Shown here: piece after piece, positions 1 to 8,746 of the stretch
Position numbering within the stretch: position 1 is the stretch's first letter
Layout: each line of letters starts with the position of its first letter
DNA from: Candidatus Marinacidobacterium sp.
GTDB lineage: Bacteria; Acidobacteriota; Vicinamibacteria; Marinacidobacterales; Marinacidobacteraceae
DNA: 64,000 nt
Assembly: GCA_965204755.1 (NCBI GenBank)
Contig: OZ242011.1
Span: 1,408,001-1,472,000 of the forward strand
Direction of reading: 5' to 3'
The notes under the pieces: model-generated
Database searches by the model: none
Told to the model about the DNA's origin: nothing
Seen by the model: only the letters and a program-made list of their open reading frames with translations
Made by a program: the position numbers and the translations under genes

Positions 1-1174
1 TGACGGCGGCGAGAAGAGCCAGACCGATGCCCGCGGACCCGCCCAGGAACGAAGCATCGTCCACGAAGCCCTGCTTGCCGTCCACCTCCGCCCAGGCCTG
101 GAAGCCGCCGACACCGACGCCGGGCTTGCGGTAGGTCGAGGCGTCGCCGAACCACGCGAGCGCCGCCTGCCGGAATCGCTCGTCTCCGGTGCGGCGGTAG
201 AGCCGGTGGAAGATGTGGGCGTTCCCGGCCGCCCCGTGGCAGAGCGCAGCGTCCCGGTTACCGCTCTCGGAGGGCTCGACGCCGGCGCAGGCGAAGGACA
301 TCGTCCGCCCCCATTCTTCGCCGGCGGAATCACCGCCCTCCCGGGCCGCTTCCCACACGACGGCCGCCGCGCCGAGCGGGCCGTAGCACCAAGCCATGCG
401 GCGGTTCGGCTCGCGCCGGACACCGGGAGCGATCCACGACGGCAGATCGGGCGTTCCCGGGTCCGGGTGAGCGGCCAGCAGCCACCGCAGGCTTCCTTCG
501 AGCAGCGTCCTCGCCCGGTCCGCCTCGACGCCGCGCGCGCACAACTTGCCGAGCAACCACATCACCCCCGGCACACCGTGCGCCACGCCCAAGTTGTAGT
601 AGCCCTGCGGCGCGCGCTTCCGCTGCCACGCCGGGAGCAGGTCGGACTCCGTGAACCAACTGATGCCCTCGTCGACTTCTACCGCCGTCTTCTCCAACTC
701 GTCGAGAATACGGACGAGCCCATCGCAGGCGGCCTCGTCGGGCAGCCGCTCTACGAAGTGGACGCCCACTCCGACAAGCCCGCTGATCAGGTCGTACCCG
801 AACGACCGCGGCCACGAGTCCAGCGCAGCCCCCGTGTTTCGGCTCACTTCCCGCTCCACGAAGTCGTCCTCCGCACCGAGATGTCCGACGAGCCAGCCGA
901 GCCCCGCCCAACCTCCGAACAACCCCGGGCGGAGGCGCGTTCCCGAGCCATCGATGTACGAGTCCACCAGGCGTCCGCACCGCTCCATGCCGTCGTCGGC
1001 GTGACCCGTCAACTCCAGATAGGCGGGCAGGAGCGTCGCGAGCACATCGGAGCGCGGCAGACCGCTCACGGAAACCTCGTCGGTACCGGCGCGCGTCAGG
1101 TAAGACAGGTCCCGGTCAACGGCCTTCACGGCCGTCGTCGCAGTCCGATTCCCCTCCGGAAGAAGCGGCTTCAC
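1..1174 (-). CDS. lanC: LanC-type lanthionine cyclase (class I lanthipeptide), 3' end beyond window edge
   Basis: Not in the ORF track because it has no stop in the window. Manual translation from GTG at 1174 is open and gives GLFGGWAG, YDLISGLVG, YYNLGVAHGVPG (catalytic His), RMAWCYG and ALCHGAAG (Zn ligands), and FLGGSAGIGLALL. Confidence 0.92.
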   Translation of the reverse strand, partial: MKPLLPEGNRTATTAVKAVDRDLSYLTRAGTDEVSVSGLPRSDVLATLLPAYLELTGHADDGMERCGRLVDSYIDGSGTRLRPGLFGGWAGLGWLVGHLGAEDDFVEREVSRNTGAALDSWPRSFGYDLISGLVGVGVHFVERLPDEAACDGLVRILDELEKTAVEVDEGISWFTESDLLPAWQRKRAPQGYYNLGVAHGVPGVMWLLGKLCARGVEADRARTLLEGSLRWLLAAHPDPGTPDLPSWIAPGVRREPNRRMAWCYGPLGAAAVVWEAAREGGDSAGEEWGRTMSFACAGVEPSESGNRDAALCHGAAGNAHIFHRLYRRTGDERFRQAALAWFGDASTYRKPGVGVGGFQAWAEVDGKQGFVDDASFLGGSAGIGLALLAAV

Positions 1175-1542
1175 GGTTGAACCGTCCTCCGGCGGCCAGT
1201 CCGGTACCGAGCCTCCTCGACTGCAGATTTCGCAATATCGTGAGAGACCATCCTTGGCCTCATCCCAAGGCCACGACCGAGGTTGCCGACACTCGCGACC
1301 CGCCGAATGTTCGACTCCGCGTGATCGTGAGGACCCGGCAACTGGAACGGATCGAAATCACTGGCGCATGGGGCGACGCAACTTCCGACAGGCAGCGCCG
1401 AGAATGGGCAAGGCAACGCCCGGCGCCAAACAGCGTTCCGGAGAAGCGCAGGTCAGGCACCCCGGCTTCGATCCCCATTCCACGGAACGGGCGACGCTGC
1501 CGGGGGCCTTGGCCGTCGCAGAGGACGGGCCCGAGTGCCGCG

Positions 1543-1851
1543 CTAGGCGCAGCGCTCCGGACTGGTCGAGTCCACACCGCACCCGCCCATGTCGCAGGTG
1601 TCCCCGCAGGTGTCCCCGGCGGTGGCGCCGCAGGCAGCACCGTCGCAGGTGGGCGCGCACGAGGGACCGTCGCCGGTCGCCGCCGGGCAAACGCCCTCGC
1701 ACCCCGAGTCGTGCGGATGGGCCCCGGCCGCGTCCTCCATCTGCCTCCGGGTGAGGTCGGCGATCGGCCGCCGCCGAAGTTCAAGCCGCGACTTCCCCTT
1801 GCGGTGGTCGTCGGGGGGCGTCGGAACGGTTTCCGGTTTGGTGATCGTCAT
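1543..1851 (-). CDS. Lanthipeptide precursor peptide (LanA-like), 102 aa
   Basis: Leader KSRLELRRRPIADL...QMEDAAGA (LxLx[K/R]x5L motif, GA double-glycine-type site); 58-aa core with 9 Cys and 10 Ser/Thr; directly upstream of lanC on the same strand. Confidence 0.85.
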   Translation of the reverse strand: MTITKPETVPTPPDDHRKGKSRLELRRRPIADLTRRQMEDAAGAHPHDSGCEGVCPAATGDGPSCAPTCDGAACGATAGDTCGDTCDMGGCGVDSTSPERCA

Positions 1852-2106
1852 GAGTGTGCTCCTCGGATCGGGTCAGGTCAGTGCCCGCGGCCACCTCTGC
1901 AGCCGGGGGCGAGAAAAGGGCGTTTGCAGGAGGCAACGGCCGGACCATCGGCCACATCGAGCAGGCAGGTCCTGAGCCTTCGCGTAAAAGTCAATTTGTC
2001 AACGGTTTGGAAGAAGAATCCTACACGCCCCCCTTTTCGACAGAGAGCCCTTCGGTTCAGATTCTTGAAGCGAGCGACAGAGTATCCTGACTTTCCGATT
2101 CCGCGG

Positions 2107-2157
2107 GTCAACCGGCGCCGAAAATGTCCCACTTTTAAGCAACGAAAACGCCCCACC
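2107..2157. mobile_element. Orphan, degenerate IS21-like terminal sequence
   Basis: GTCAACCGGCGCCGAAAATGTCCCACTTTTAAGCAACGAAAACGCCCCACC has the tandem AAAA(T/C)G(T/C)CCCAC repeats typical of IS21 ends, but the terminal TG is changed to GG. Confidence 0.5.
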
Positions 2158-2522
2158 TCGGGGAGTGGAGGAGGTCGGTTGGCCGGGCAAGGTTTGCGGA
2201 CGGACTTTCGGCCGAGGCCGACGGCCGCGGGCGTGGTCGGCTCTTGGGGCGGGCGTGTCAATGGGACGCGAAAAGTGGACAGAAATGGGATCCGAAAAGT
2301 GGACACTTTTCGGGCTCGGGTTGCGGGGTGGAGGGAAGGGTCGAGGCGGGGTTTGGGGCCCGACGACGGTGGTGGCGTCCCGCGACCCCGGCACTCCTCC
2401 GGGAGGGTAGGGCCGAGGCGGGGCCGGGCGCGCCTTGGCGGAGCGTCCGGGCCGGTGGGCGCGACGGCCGGGGCCGGAGGGAGCGGAGCGACCGGAGCGC
2501 CCCGGCCGTCGCGCGTCGCGCT

Positions 2523-3347
2523 TCATCGGGGGCCCGCCTCCCCGATCCCCGGCGGGTCGCCGGGGTTCTTCCGGGCCGGGGCCTGGTGCAGCGCCTGCGC
2601 CAGGTCGGCCCGGAGCCGCATCCGGTAGCTGTTGCCCCGGATGTTCACGATGTGGCAGTGGTGGAGAAGCCGGTCGAGCAGGGCCGCCGCCATCACTTCG
2701 TCGCCCAGGATCGCCCCCCACTCCTCGAACGTCTTGTTCGAGGTCAGAACCGTCGAGGCCCGCTCGTAGCGCTCGTTGATCAACTGGAAGAACAGGGTCG
2801 CCCCGTCCCGGGTCACCGGCAGGTAGCCGATCTCGTCCACCACCAGCAACGCCGGGTGCGTCAGGACCCGCAGCCGACGCCGCAACTGGCCCTTCGCCTC
2901 CGCCTCCCGCAGCGTCTCGATCAGGTCCCCCAGCGAGCCGTAGTACACCCGCCGCCCCTGCTCCGCCGCCGCGATCGCCAAGCTGATCGCCAGGTGGGTC
3001 TTGCCCACCCCGGGCGGCCCCAGGAACACCACGTTCTCCTTCCGCCGGACGAAGTCCAACTCGTGCAGCGAGGCGATCTGCTCCCGACGGATCGAGGGCT
3101 GGAAGGTGAAGTCGAAGTCGTCCAGCGTCTTCACCGCCGGAAGCCGGCTGGAGCGCATCGCCGCCGCCAGCCGCCGGTTGTTCCGGAGCGTGATCTGCGC
3201 CCCCAGCAGCCGCTCCACCGCCTCCGCCCCGGTGATCCCGCCGCTGTCCACCCCCGACAGAACCTCGTCCAGCGCCTCCAGCGCCCCCGGCATCTTCAGG
3301 TCCACCAGCTGGGCGCCGATCCGCTCCCGCCGGGTCCCCTTCGTCAT
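2523..3347 (-). CDS. istB: IS21 helper ATPase IstB
   Basis: MTKGTRRERI... start overlaps the istA stop (ATGA); FDFTFQPS, Walker A GPPGVGKTHLA, LLVVDEIGY, LTSNK, LDRLLHH. Confidence 0.95.
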   Translation of the reverse strand: MTKGTRRERIGAQLVDLKMPGALEALDEVLSGVDSGGITGAEAVERLLGAQITLRNNRRLAAAMRSSRLPAVKTLDDFDFTFQPSIRREQIASLHELDFVRRKENVVFLGPPGVGKTHLAISLAIAAAEQGRRVYYGSLGDLIETLREAEAKGQLRRRLRVLTHPALLVVDEIGYLPVTRDGATLFFQLINERYERASTVLTSNKTFEEWGAILGDEVMAAALLDRLLHHCHIVNIRGNSYRMRLRADLAQALHQAPARKNPGDPPGIGEAGPR

Positions 3348-4362
3348 GACACCCGCTCCGACAGCGCGTAGGCCCGCAGCGACCGCCGCTCCACCCGCAC
3401 CGAACGGGCCGCCGGCGCCGCGGCCGACCCCGGCAACGCCGGAACGATCCCGGCATACGGGCGCCCCGCCAGCGCCCCCAGCACCGCCCGCTCCTCCTCG
3501 AAGCGCTCCGCCGGAACCTCCTTCAGCGTCGCGTGAACCCGCGCGTTCGCTGTCCTTGAAAGCCACCGGAGCGCCCGGTCGTTCAGGTCCCCGTCCGACG
3601 CGAACTCCCGCCCGTAGAAGAACCCCTTCCGGATATACCCCACCGGACGCTCCACCTTCCCCTTCGTCTGCGCCCGATACGGGCGGCAGGCCCGGATCCG
3701 GAACCCCCAGTGGCTCGCGAACCGCAAGAACTCCGCGTTCCGCAGCAACTCGCCCCCCGACGCCCGCCGATCCTCGATGACCACCGACTTCATCTGGTCG
3801 AACAGCAACTCCCGGGGCACCCCCCCGAAGTACTCGAACGCCGCCTCCAGGCCCCGCATCAGCACCTCCATCGTCTCCTGCCGGTAGAACTGGAACCACA
3901 GCAGGCGCGAGTAGCCCAGCACCACCAGCAGCGCGTGCCGCCTCCCCCAAGGCAGCCGGAACTTCGCGAAGTCCACCTGCCCCTGCAGCCCCGGCGGCGT
4001 CTCGAACCGAACCACCGGCTCCACCCGAGGCCGAGGCCGAACCTCCCGGACATGCCGCTTCACCAGGTCATACCCCCCCGCATACCCGGCATCCCGGATC
4101 TCCGAGAACAGCCGAACCGCCGACAACTCCGGATACGCCGAAAGCCGGCTCCCGATCCACTCCCGGAACGGGTCCAGAACCGAACCCGGACCCCGCCGCG
4201 GCCCATACCGAACCCGACCCTCCCGCCCACCGTCCCCGCCGCCCAACCGCTTCCAGTTGTACGCCGTCTGGCGACTGATCCCCAGCTCCCGGCTGATCGC
4301 CGCCACGCTAGCCCCCGACCGAGCAAGGCCCAGAACCGCCTCCGAAACGTCCTCTCGTACAT
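3344..4362 (-). CDS. istA: IS21 DDE transposase IstA (possible 1-nt frameshift just after the start codon)
   Basis: HTH (ISRELGISRQT), RFETPPGLQGQVDF, LGYSR, FDQMK, AQTKGKVERPVGYIR. The best SD+ATG (4362) is out of frame with the body by one base. Confidence 0.9.
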
Positions 4363-4887
4363 CGCGCCTCTCCCGCGCAAAGAGCAGCGCCCAACCCCCA
4401 GACCGACTCCCCGGGCCCGGTCCCCCCTCCCGGAAACCGACCCTCTCGCCGCCCGTCTCCGCGGAGACCGGACGACAATCCTCCCCCGGACGGACTGTCC
4501 ACTTTTCGCGTCCCACAACTGTCCATTATTGGGAGCCCGCCGACAAGCGGAGGGGGAAGATGGCTCCCGCGCGGCACCCGAGGGGCGGTGCTCCGATTCA
4601 CTGCCTGCTCACAGCACGCCGCGACGGTCGCGCCCCGGCCGGCGCGGCGGCCGGAGCCGCAGGCCGACCCGCATCATCCGGACGGTGACCGGGAACCGTC
4701 CCGCTCAGCCTACCGCCGCTGGATCTTCTCGTCCCACGACCACTCTTCTGTCACCGTCGGGAATTCGGCCGGGGCCCACCCGGCTCGAAGTCTCGACGCA
4801 CTCGGCTTGCGCGAACCCCGTCGCGCCGGAAGGCGCCGGCGCTTCGAGTGAGAGGCCGGAAGCGGAGGCGCCGTGTTGCGGATAACG

Positions 4888-4920
4888 AAAAAGCCCCGGA
4901 GCGCCGAGGCTCCGGGGCTC
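4888..4920 (-). terminator. Rho-independent terminator after the FN3 lipoprotein gene
   Basis: Stem AGCCCCGGAGC/GCTCCGGGGCT followed on the minus strand by TTTT. Confidence 0.75.
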
Positions 4921-4970
4921 TTCGCCGTGGGGAGGCGGCCGGCGCCGCCTACCCCTCGGTCAGCGGGTCA

Positions 4971-7547
4971 TCAACTCGGGAGGCACTTGATGAAGTAGTT
5001 CTTGTCGTCCTTGCCCGAGAGGTCGAATCTATCGTTGCCGGCGCGCTCCTTGTCGCCTTGGGCGTCCCAGGTGCAGGTGATGCTCTGCTCAATCTCGTGG
5101 ACGCAGGCTCCGGCGAAGTCGCCTTCGTCGGTATCCCGGATGCGGGTAAAGGTGGCGCTCAGGTCGAAGGTCATCTCCGCGTCGCAACCGGCGCCGCCAT
5201 CGTCGGCGGAGCACTTCCGCGACGCGTCATCGTTGACCGTGTCCGTGTTGTCTGCTTCTCCGTCCTCGTCGAAGTCGGTTTTGCCGAAGTCGCCGTACTT
5301 CGGGTCGCCGTCGGCGTCGAACATGTACAGGGACATGATCGGCCGCCAATCACCGCTGACCCCGAAGTTTTGGGCGCCGGAGCCGGCTCCGACCCGGGCA
5401 TTCCAACTCTGGTTGGCCGAGTAGAGATCGTGATCGGGCTCGGTACCGTCGATTCCGAAAGAGGAAGTCACGCGCTTGTCCACAAGCCAGAGGTGGGCAT
5501 GTCGCGAGCCCCGCGGCCGATACACATCGCCGGGACCTCGCTCGTTGGAGTCGGAGTCCTCGGTGTATCGGATGACGATTTGGTCGAGACGGACAGCATT
5601 ACCCGTTCCATCGGTCCCGGTGTACTCGACATCGAAATTGCCGCCGGAGCCGATGCCGTTCCCCCAGTAAGCGTCCACTTCCGCGCGGAAGTCGTCGCAG
5701 ATATTCACCATGTCGGCGATTTCGAAGACTTTGCCCCCACATTCCAACCCATCGAACGGATCGTTGTCGAGGCTGCTCCAAGAAACGCTGCTGCCGGCCC
5801 AAGCGACCTTCGCCGTCGGGTCTATGTGCACCCGGTAGCCGTTCAGGTAGTTCCGCCACTGCAGGGAAATCCCGTCCGCGTCGGCGGTCCACGCATCTAC
5901 ATCTTCGTAGACGCCGTCCGTGATGAGTCGCGCACAGTGCTCCGGCCGCGACACGGCAGCGCTTCCCGAAGCGATGGTGTCGCCGTTACTCTGGTTGGCG
6001 GATGCGTAAGACGGATTGTTGGCGTGAGTGAGGGGGAGGCAGTCGGCCGCCGCGTTGCCCGCGTTGCCCGCTTCGCCGTTGCGGATCGGCCCCGGTTGGG
6101 TCTGCGTCTGCGGGTTGTTGTCCCGGTTCAGGGCGCCGCCGAAGTGGTTGTTGGTGCTGGTCCCCGTGCCGGGAACCAGCGACAGCGGCCGATTGGTGCC
6201 CTTAGAGATGCTGCCGCCCTTGACCCGGTAACTGCTGCCGCCACCGAAACTGACATCGGAGAACTCATGGGTCACGGTCGCATCGTGCGTCACCGTGTAG
6301 GTGAAACCGATGTCCAGACCGATGTTCTGGTCGTTGGCCCGCTGGTTGTGGACCATGCCCTTCACCAGTGTCAGGTCGGCCTCGAACTCCTGGCAGGCGG
6401 CGGAGTCCTCGAGAGTGATCGCCGGCCGCGGCGGGGCATCCGTGGCGGCGTCGGAGCAGCGGAACGGGCCGCAGGTGATGTAGGCCACATCGCCCGTCGG
6501 CATCGCTTCCTGACCGGCGCCCACCGTCACCTTCTCGAACATGAACACCGCGCCGTCACGCGCCACCGCCACCTGCGTCGCCGACCAGTCCACGAATGTG
6601 AACGGGGTCGCCCCGGAGCCGGCGGACACCACCACCGGCCGGGCGCCCTCCATGAACATCGGCGTGATCCGGGCGGCGTGCGAGGAACTCACCATCAACT
6701 TGGCGTTCACCGAAGCCATCGCCGTCTCCGCGTCCTTGCCGTCGTCCGGGCAGAACGCCTGACCCATGCACGACTTGTCGTCGTCCGCATCCGGAGTGCT
6801 CATGCTCACCGTCAGCGGGCTCGGCGCCATGTCGCTCGTCGCCATCACCGCTTCGCTCCAGTCGCCGGCCGTCGGCGTCGGAAGGAGGACGCCCGCCCGA
6901 ACCCGGATGTACATCGTCGTCTCCGGCTCCACCGTCACCCGGTGCGAAGTCGCGGTAACCGTCTCCAATTCCGCCATCTCGAAGCCATCCTCCGAGTCCG
7001 CGACCTGCAACTGGTAGCCCTGCGCGTTCTCCACCGCGTCCCACTCCCACTCGACGAAGTCCACGCCCGTGGCCTTCACCCGGACCGTCGGCACGCCCAG
7101 CACCAGCGGGGCCGCGTTGCTCATCCCCGTAACCGCCTCCGTCCAGTCGCTGTTGTTCGCCTCGTCCGACACCGCCCGGACCCGCGCGTAGGCGGTCGTG
7201 CCCGGCTCAACCGAGAACCGGTGCATCGTGCCCGTCACGCTCGCCGTCGAGACGGAACTGAAGTCCCCCTCGGTCGTGCTGAGTTGGATCTCGTAGCCGC
7301 TCGCGCCTTCCACGGCCTCCCAACTGAACTCGATGTAGTCGGTCCCGCTGGAGGCGACCGTCAGCCCGCCCGGGGCGTCGAGGGTCGGCGTCGGGGCCGG
7401 GGCCGGCGGCGCGGGCGCCGGGGCCGGGGTCGTGGTGGTCGAGTCGTCGTCACCGCACCCGGACAGCACGAGGCCTGCGCCCAGCATCAGGGCGAGAAGG
7501 ACAGTCAGCCCGCGCAGCGGACTCGACTTCCTTGTGATCTGCATCAT
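4971..7547 (-). CDS. Large secreted lipoprotein with two fibronectin type III domains and a Cys-rich C-terminal region (~858 aa)
   Basis: SD GGAGG before ATG at 7547; lipobox LSGC; Pro/Thr linker; two FN3-like repeats (FSWEAVEGASGYEIQ..YARVRAV; WEWDAVENAQGYQLQ..YIRVRAG); 14 Cys downstream. Confidence 0.8.
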   Translation of the reverse strand: MMQITRKSSPLRGLTVLLALMLGAGLVLSGCGDDDSTTTTPAPAPAPPAPAPTPTLDAPGGLTVASSGTDYIEFSWEAVEGASGYEIQLSTTEGDFSSVSTASVTGTMHRFSVEPGTTAYARVRAVSDEANNSDWTEAVTGMSNAAPLVLGVPTVRVKATGVDFVEWEWDAVENAQGYQLQVADSEDGFEMAELETVTATSHRVTVEPETTMYIRVRAGVLLPTPTAGDWSEAVMATSDMAPSPLTVSMSTPDADDDKSCMGQAFCPDDGKDAETAMASVNAKLMVSSSHAARITPMFMEGARPVVVSAGSGATPFTFVDWSATQVAVARDGAVFMFEKVTVGAGQEAMPTGDVAYITCGPFRCSDAATDAPPRPAITLEDSAACQEFEADLTLVKGMVHNQRANDQNIGLDIGFTYTVTHDATVTHEFSDVSFGGGSSYRVKGGSISKGTNRPLSLVPGTGTSTNNHFGGALNRDNNPQTQTQPGPIRNGEAGNAGNAAADCLPLTHANNPSYASANQSNGDTIASGSAAVSRPEHCARLITDGVYEDVDAWTADADGISLQWRNYLNGYRVHIDPTAKVAWAGSSVSWSSLDNDPFDGLECGGKVFEIADMVNICDDFRAEVDAYWGNGIGSGGNFDVEYTGTDGTGNAVRLDQIVIRYTEDSDSNERGPGDVYRPRGSRHAHLWLVDKRVTSSFGIDGTEPDHDLYSANQSWNARVGAGSGAQNFGVSGDWRPIMSLYMFDADGDPKYGDFGKTDFDEDGEADNTDTVNDDASRKCSADDGGAGCDAEMTFDLSATFTRIRDTDEGDFAGACVHEIEQSITCTWDAQGDKERAGNDRFDLSGKDDKNYFIKCLPS

Positions 7548-7684
7548 GTCGCCTACCTCCTGTAGGACGGTGGAGAACGGAACCCCGAAGGCTCCCGGCG
7601 GGCCGTCCCGGAGGGGGACTTCCCGGCTACCGGTTTCCGACCGGTGACAACCCCGTGCGCACTGCGCCGGGTAATCGGGGGCGG

Positions 7685-7714
7685 AGTATAGGCGTAACCG
7701 GGAAGAACCGGCAA
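7685..7714 (-). promoter_or_regulatory. Putative sigma70 promoter of the FN3 lipoprotein gene
   Basis: TTGCCG-N18-TATACT on the minus strand ~140 bp upstream of the ATG. Confidence 0.5.
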
Positions 7715-7863
7715 GCCGCCCCGCCCGCGCCACACCGGCGCAGCGCGCATAAGGGCGCGAAGTCAATCACAGGCGGGAAGTCCAAGTCAACCGGCGGGGA
7801 CGGGCGGTTCCCCGGCGGTCGGGGGACGGGCGACGCCTCCATTCGGCGGCGGGGCCCCGGCCG

Positions 7864-8310
7864 CTACGGTCGGCGGACCGCCTTCCCGGAGCGCCGGCCG
7901 GCGGGGGCGCCGGGGCCCCGGCGGGCGGGGGTCGTCCAGGCGGCGGCGAGGGGACGGTCGAAGGTGACGAGGTCGGAGGCGCGGCGGCGGCGGCAGACCG
8001 CCAGGTGGAGCAGGCCGCGCGCGTCGAGGCGGGGGTGGACATCCGCCAGCGCCCGGGCGAGGGTGAGGTCCTCGGGCTCGACCGGCCAGATCCGGATTCC
8101 GGCGCGGCGGACGAGGGCCAGGGCGTCGTCGAACCGGTCGGGTTCGCCCCGCCGCAGGTGGATGTGCAGGAGTTCCTGCAGGACTTCGCTGGAAGTGCAA
8201 AGCCCCGCGGGCCGGCCGAATCCGGCGCGGAGCCGGGCTGCGGCCTCGGCGCGGAGCGGGTGCGGCCCGCCCAGGGCGAAGACCAGGACATTCGAGTCCA
8301 CGAAGACCAT
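7864..8310 (-). CDS. vapC: VapC-family PIN-domain toxin
   Basis: VFVDSNVLV, SSEVLQELL, LVTFDR PIN motifs. The third acidic residue is replaced (LDARGLLHLA). Confidence 0.8.
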   Translation of the reverse strand: MVFVDSNVLVFALGGPHPLRAEAAARLRAGFGRPAGLCTSSEVLQELLHIHLRRGEPDRFDDALALVRRAGIRIWPVEPEDLTLARALADVHPRLDARGLLHLAVCRRRRASDLVTFDRPLAAAWTTPARRGPGAPAGRRSGKAVRRP

Positions 8311-8339
8311 GGCGGGGCGCTCTTTGCCGCGGGCCGGGA

Positions 8340-8627
8340 CTAGTCCGCGCCGGGGTCGCGGAGACCGGAGAACTTGGAGTGGATGAGGAGGCGCTTGGTG
8401 TCCTCCCAGTCCAGTTCGCGGCCCGGGCCGGCGCGCTCCTGGCAGTCGGCGACGAAGGCGTCGAGTTCGTCGGCGGACTCGAAGCGCCGCTCGCGCCCGG
8501 CGGCGAGCCGGGCCTCCGCCGCGGCGCGGAACCAGGCGCCGAGCGACTTTCCCTCCCGCCGGGCCTGCGCTTCGTAGCGGACCTTGTCCGTCTCGTCGGC
8601 GATGAAGTGGATGCGGGCGGCCGGCAT
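8340..8627 (-). CDS. Putative antitoxin (ribbon-helix-helix-like)
   Basis: 95-aa ORF (ARIHFIADETDKVRYEAQARREGKSLGAWFR) immediately upstream of the PIN gene. Confidence 0.7.
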   Translation of the reverse strand: MPAARIHFIADETDKVRYEAQARREGKSLGAWFRAAAEARLAAGRERRFESADELDAFVADCQERAGPGRELDWEDTKRLLIHSKFSGLRDPGAD

Positions 8628-8746
8628 GGCGTCTTCGGCTCTCTCGGGTTGGTGGTGCAGTCCTGCTGCGCAATGCGCATCATACGGCACACGCCCGACG
8701 GAGCGCGGGCGGCGGCCGCGCCGGAACGCCGGGGTCGGCGCGCGGT

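Larger units (their letters stand above)
2256..4545 (-). mobile_element. IS21-family insertion sequence (istA-istB)
   Basis: Ends are TGTCAATGGGACGCGAAAAGTGGACAG... (2256) and ...CTGTCCACTTTTCGCGTCCCACAACTGTCCATTATTGGGAGCCCGCCGACA (4545), with repeated AAAAGTGGACA boxes. It encloses istA/istB. No clear target duplication. Confidence 0.9.

Noticed and set aside
1171-1416. 81-aa minus-strand ORF whose TGA overlaps the lanC GTG
   Set aside because: No recognisable motif, TTG start without an SD and atypical codon usage. The overlap may be chance, so it is not called.
1985-2005. TTGACA upstream of the lanthipeptide precursor as a promoter
   Set aside because: No acceptable -10 box at 16-18 bp spacing.
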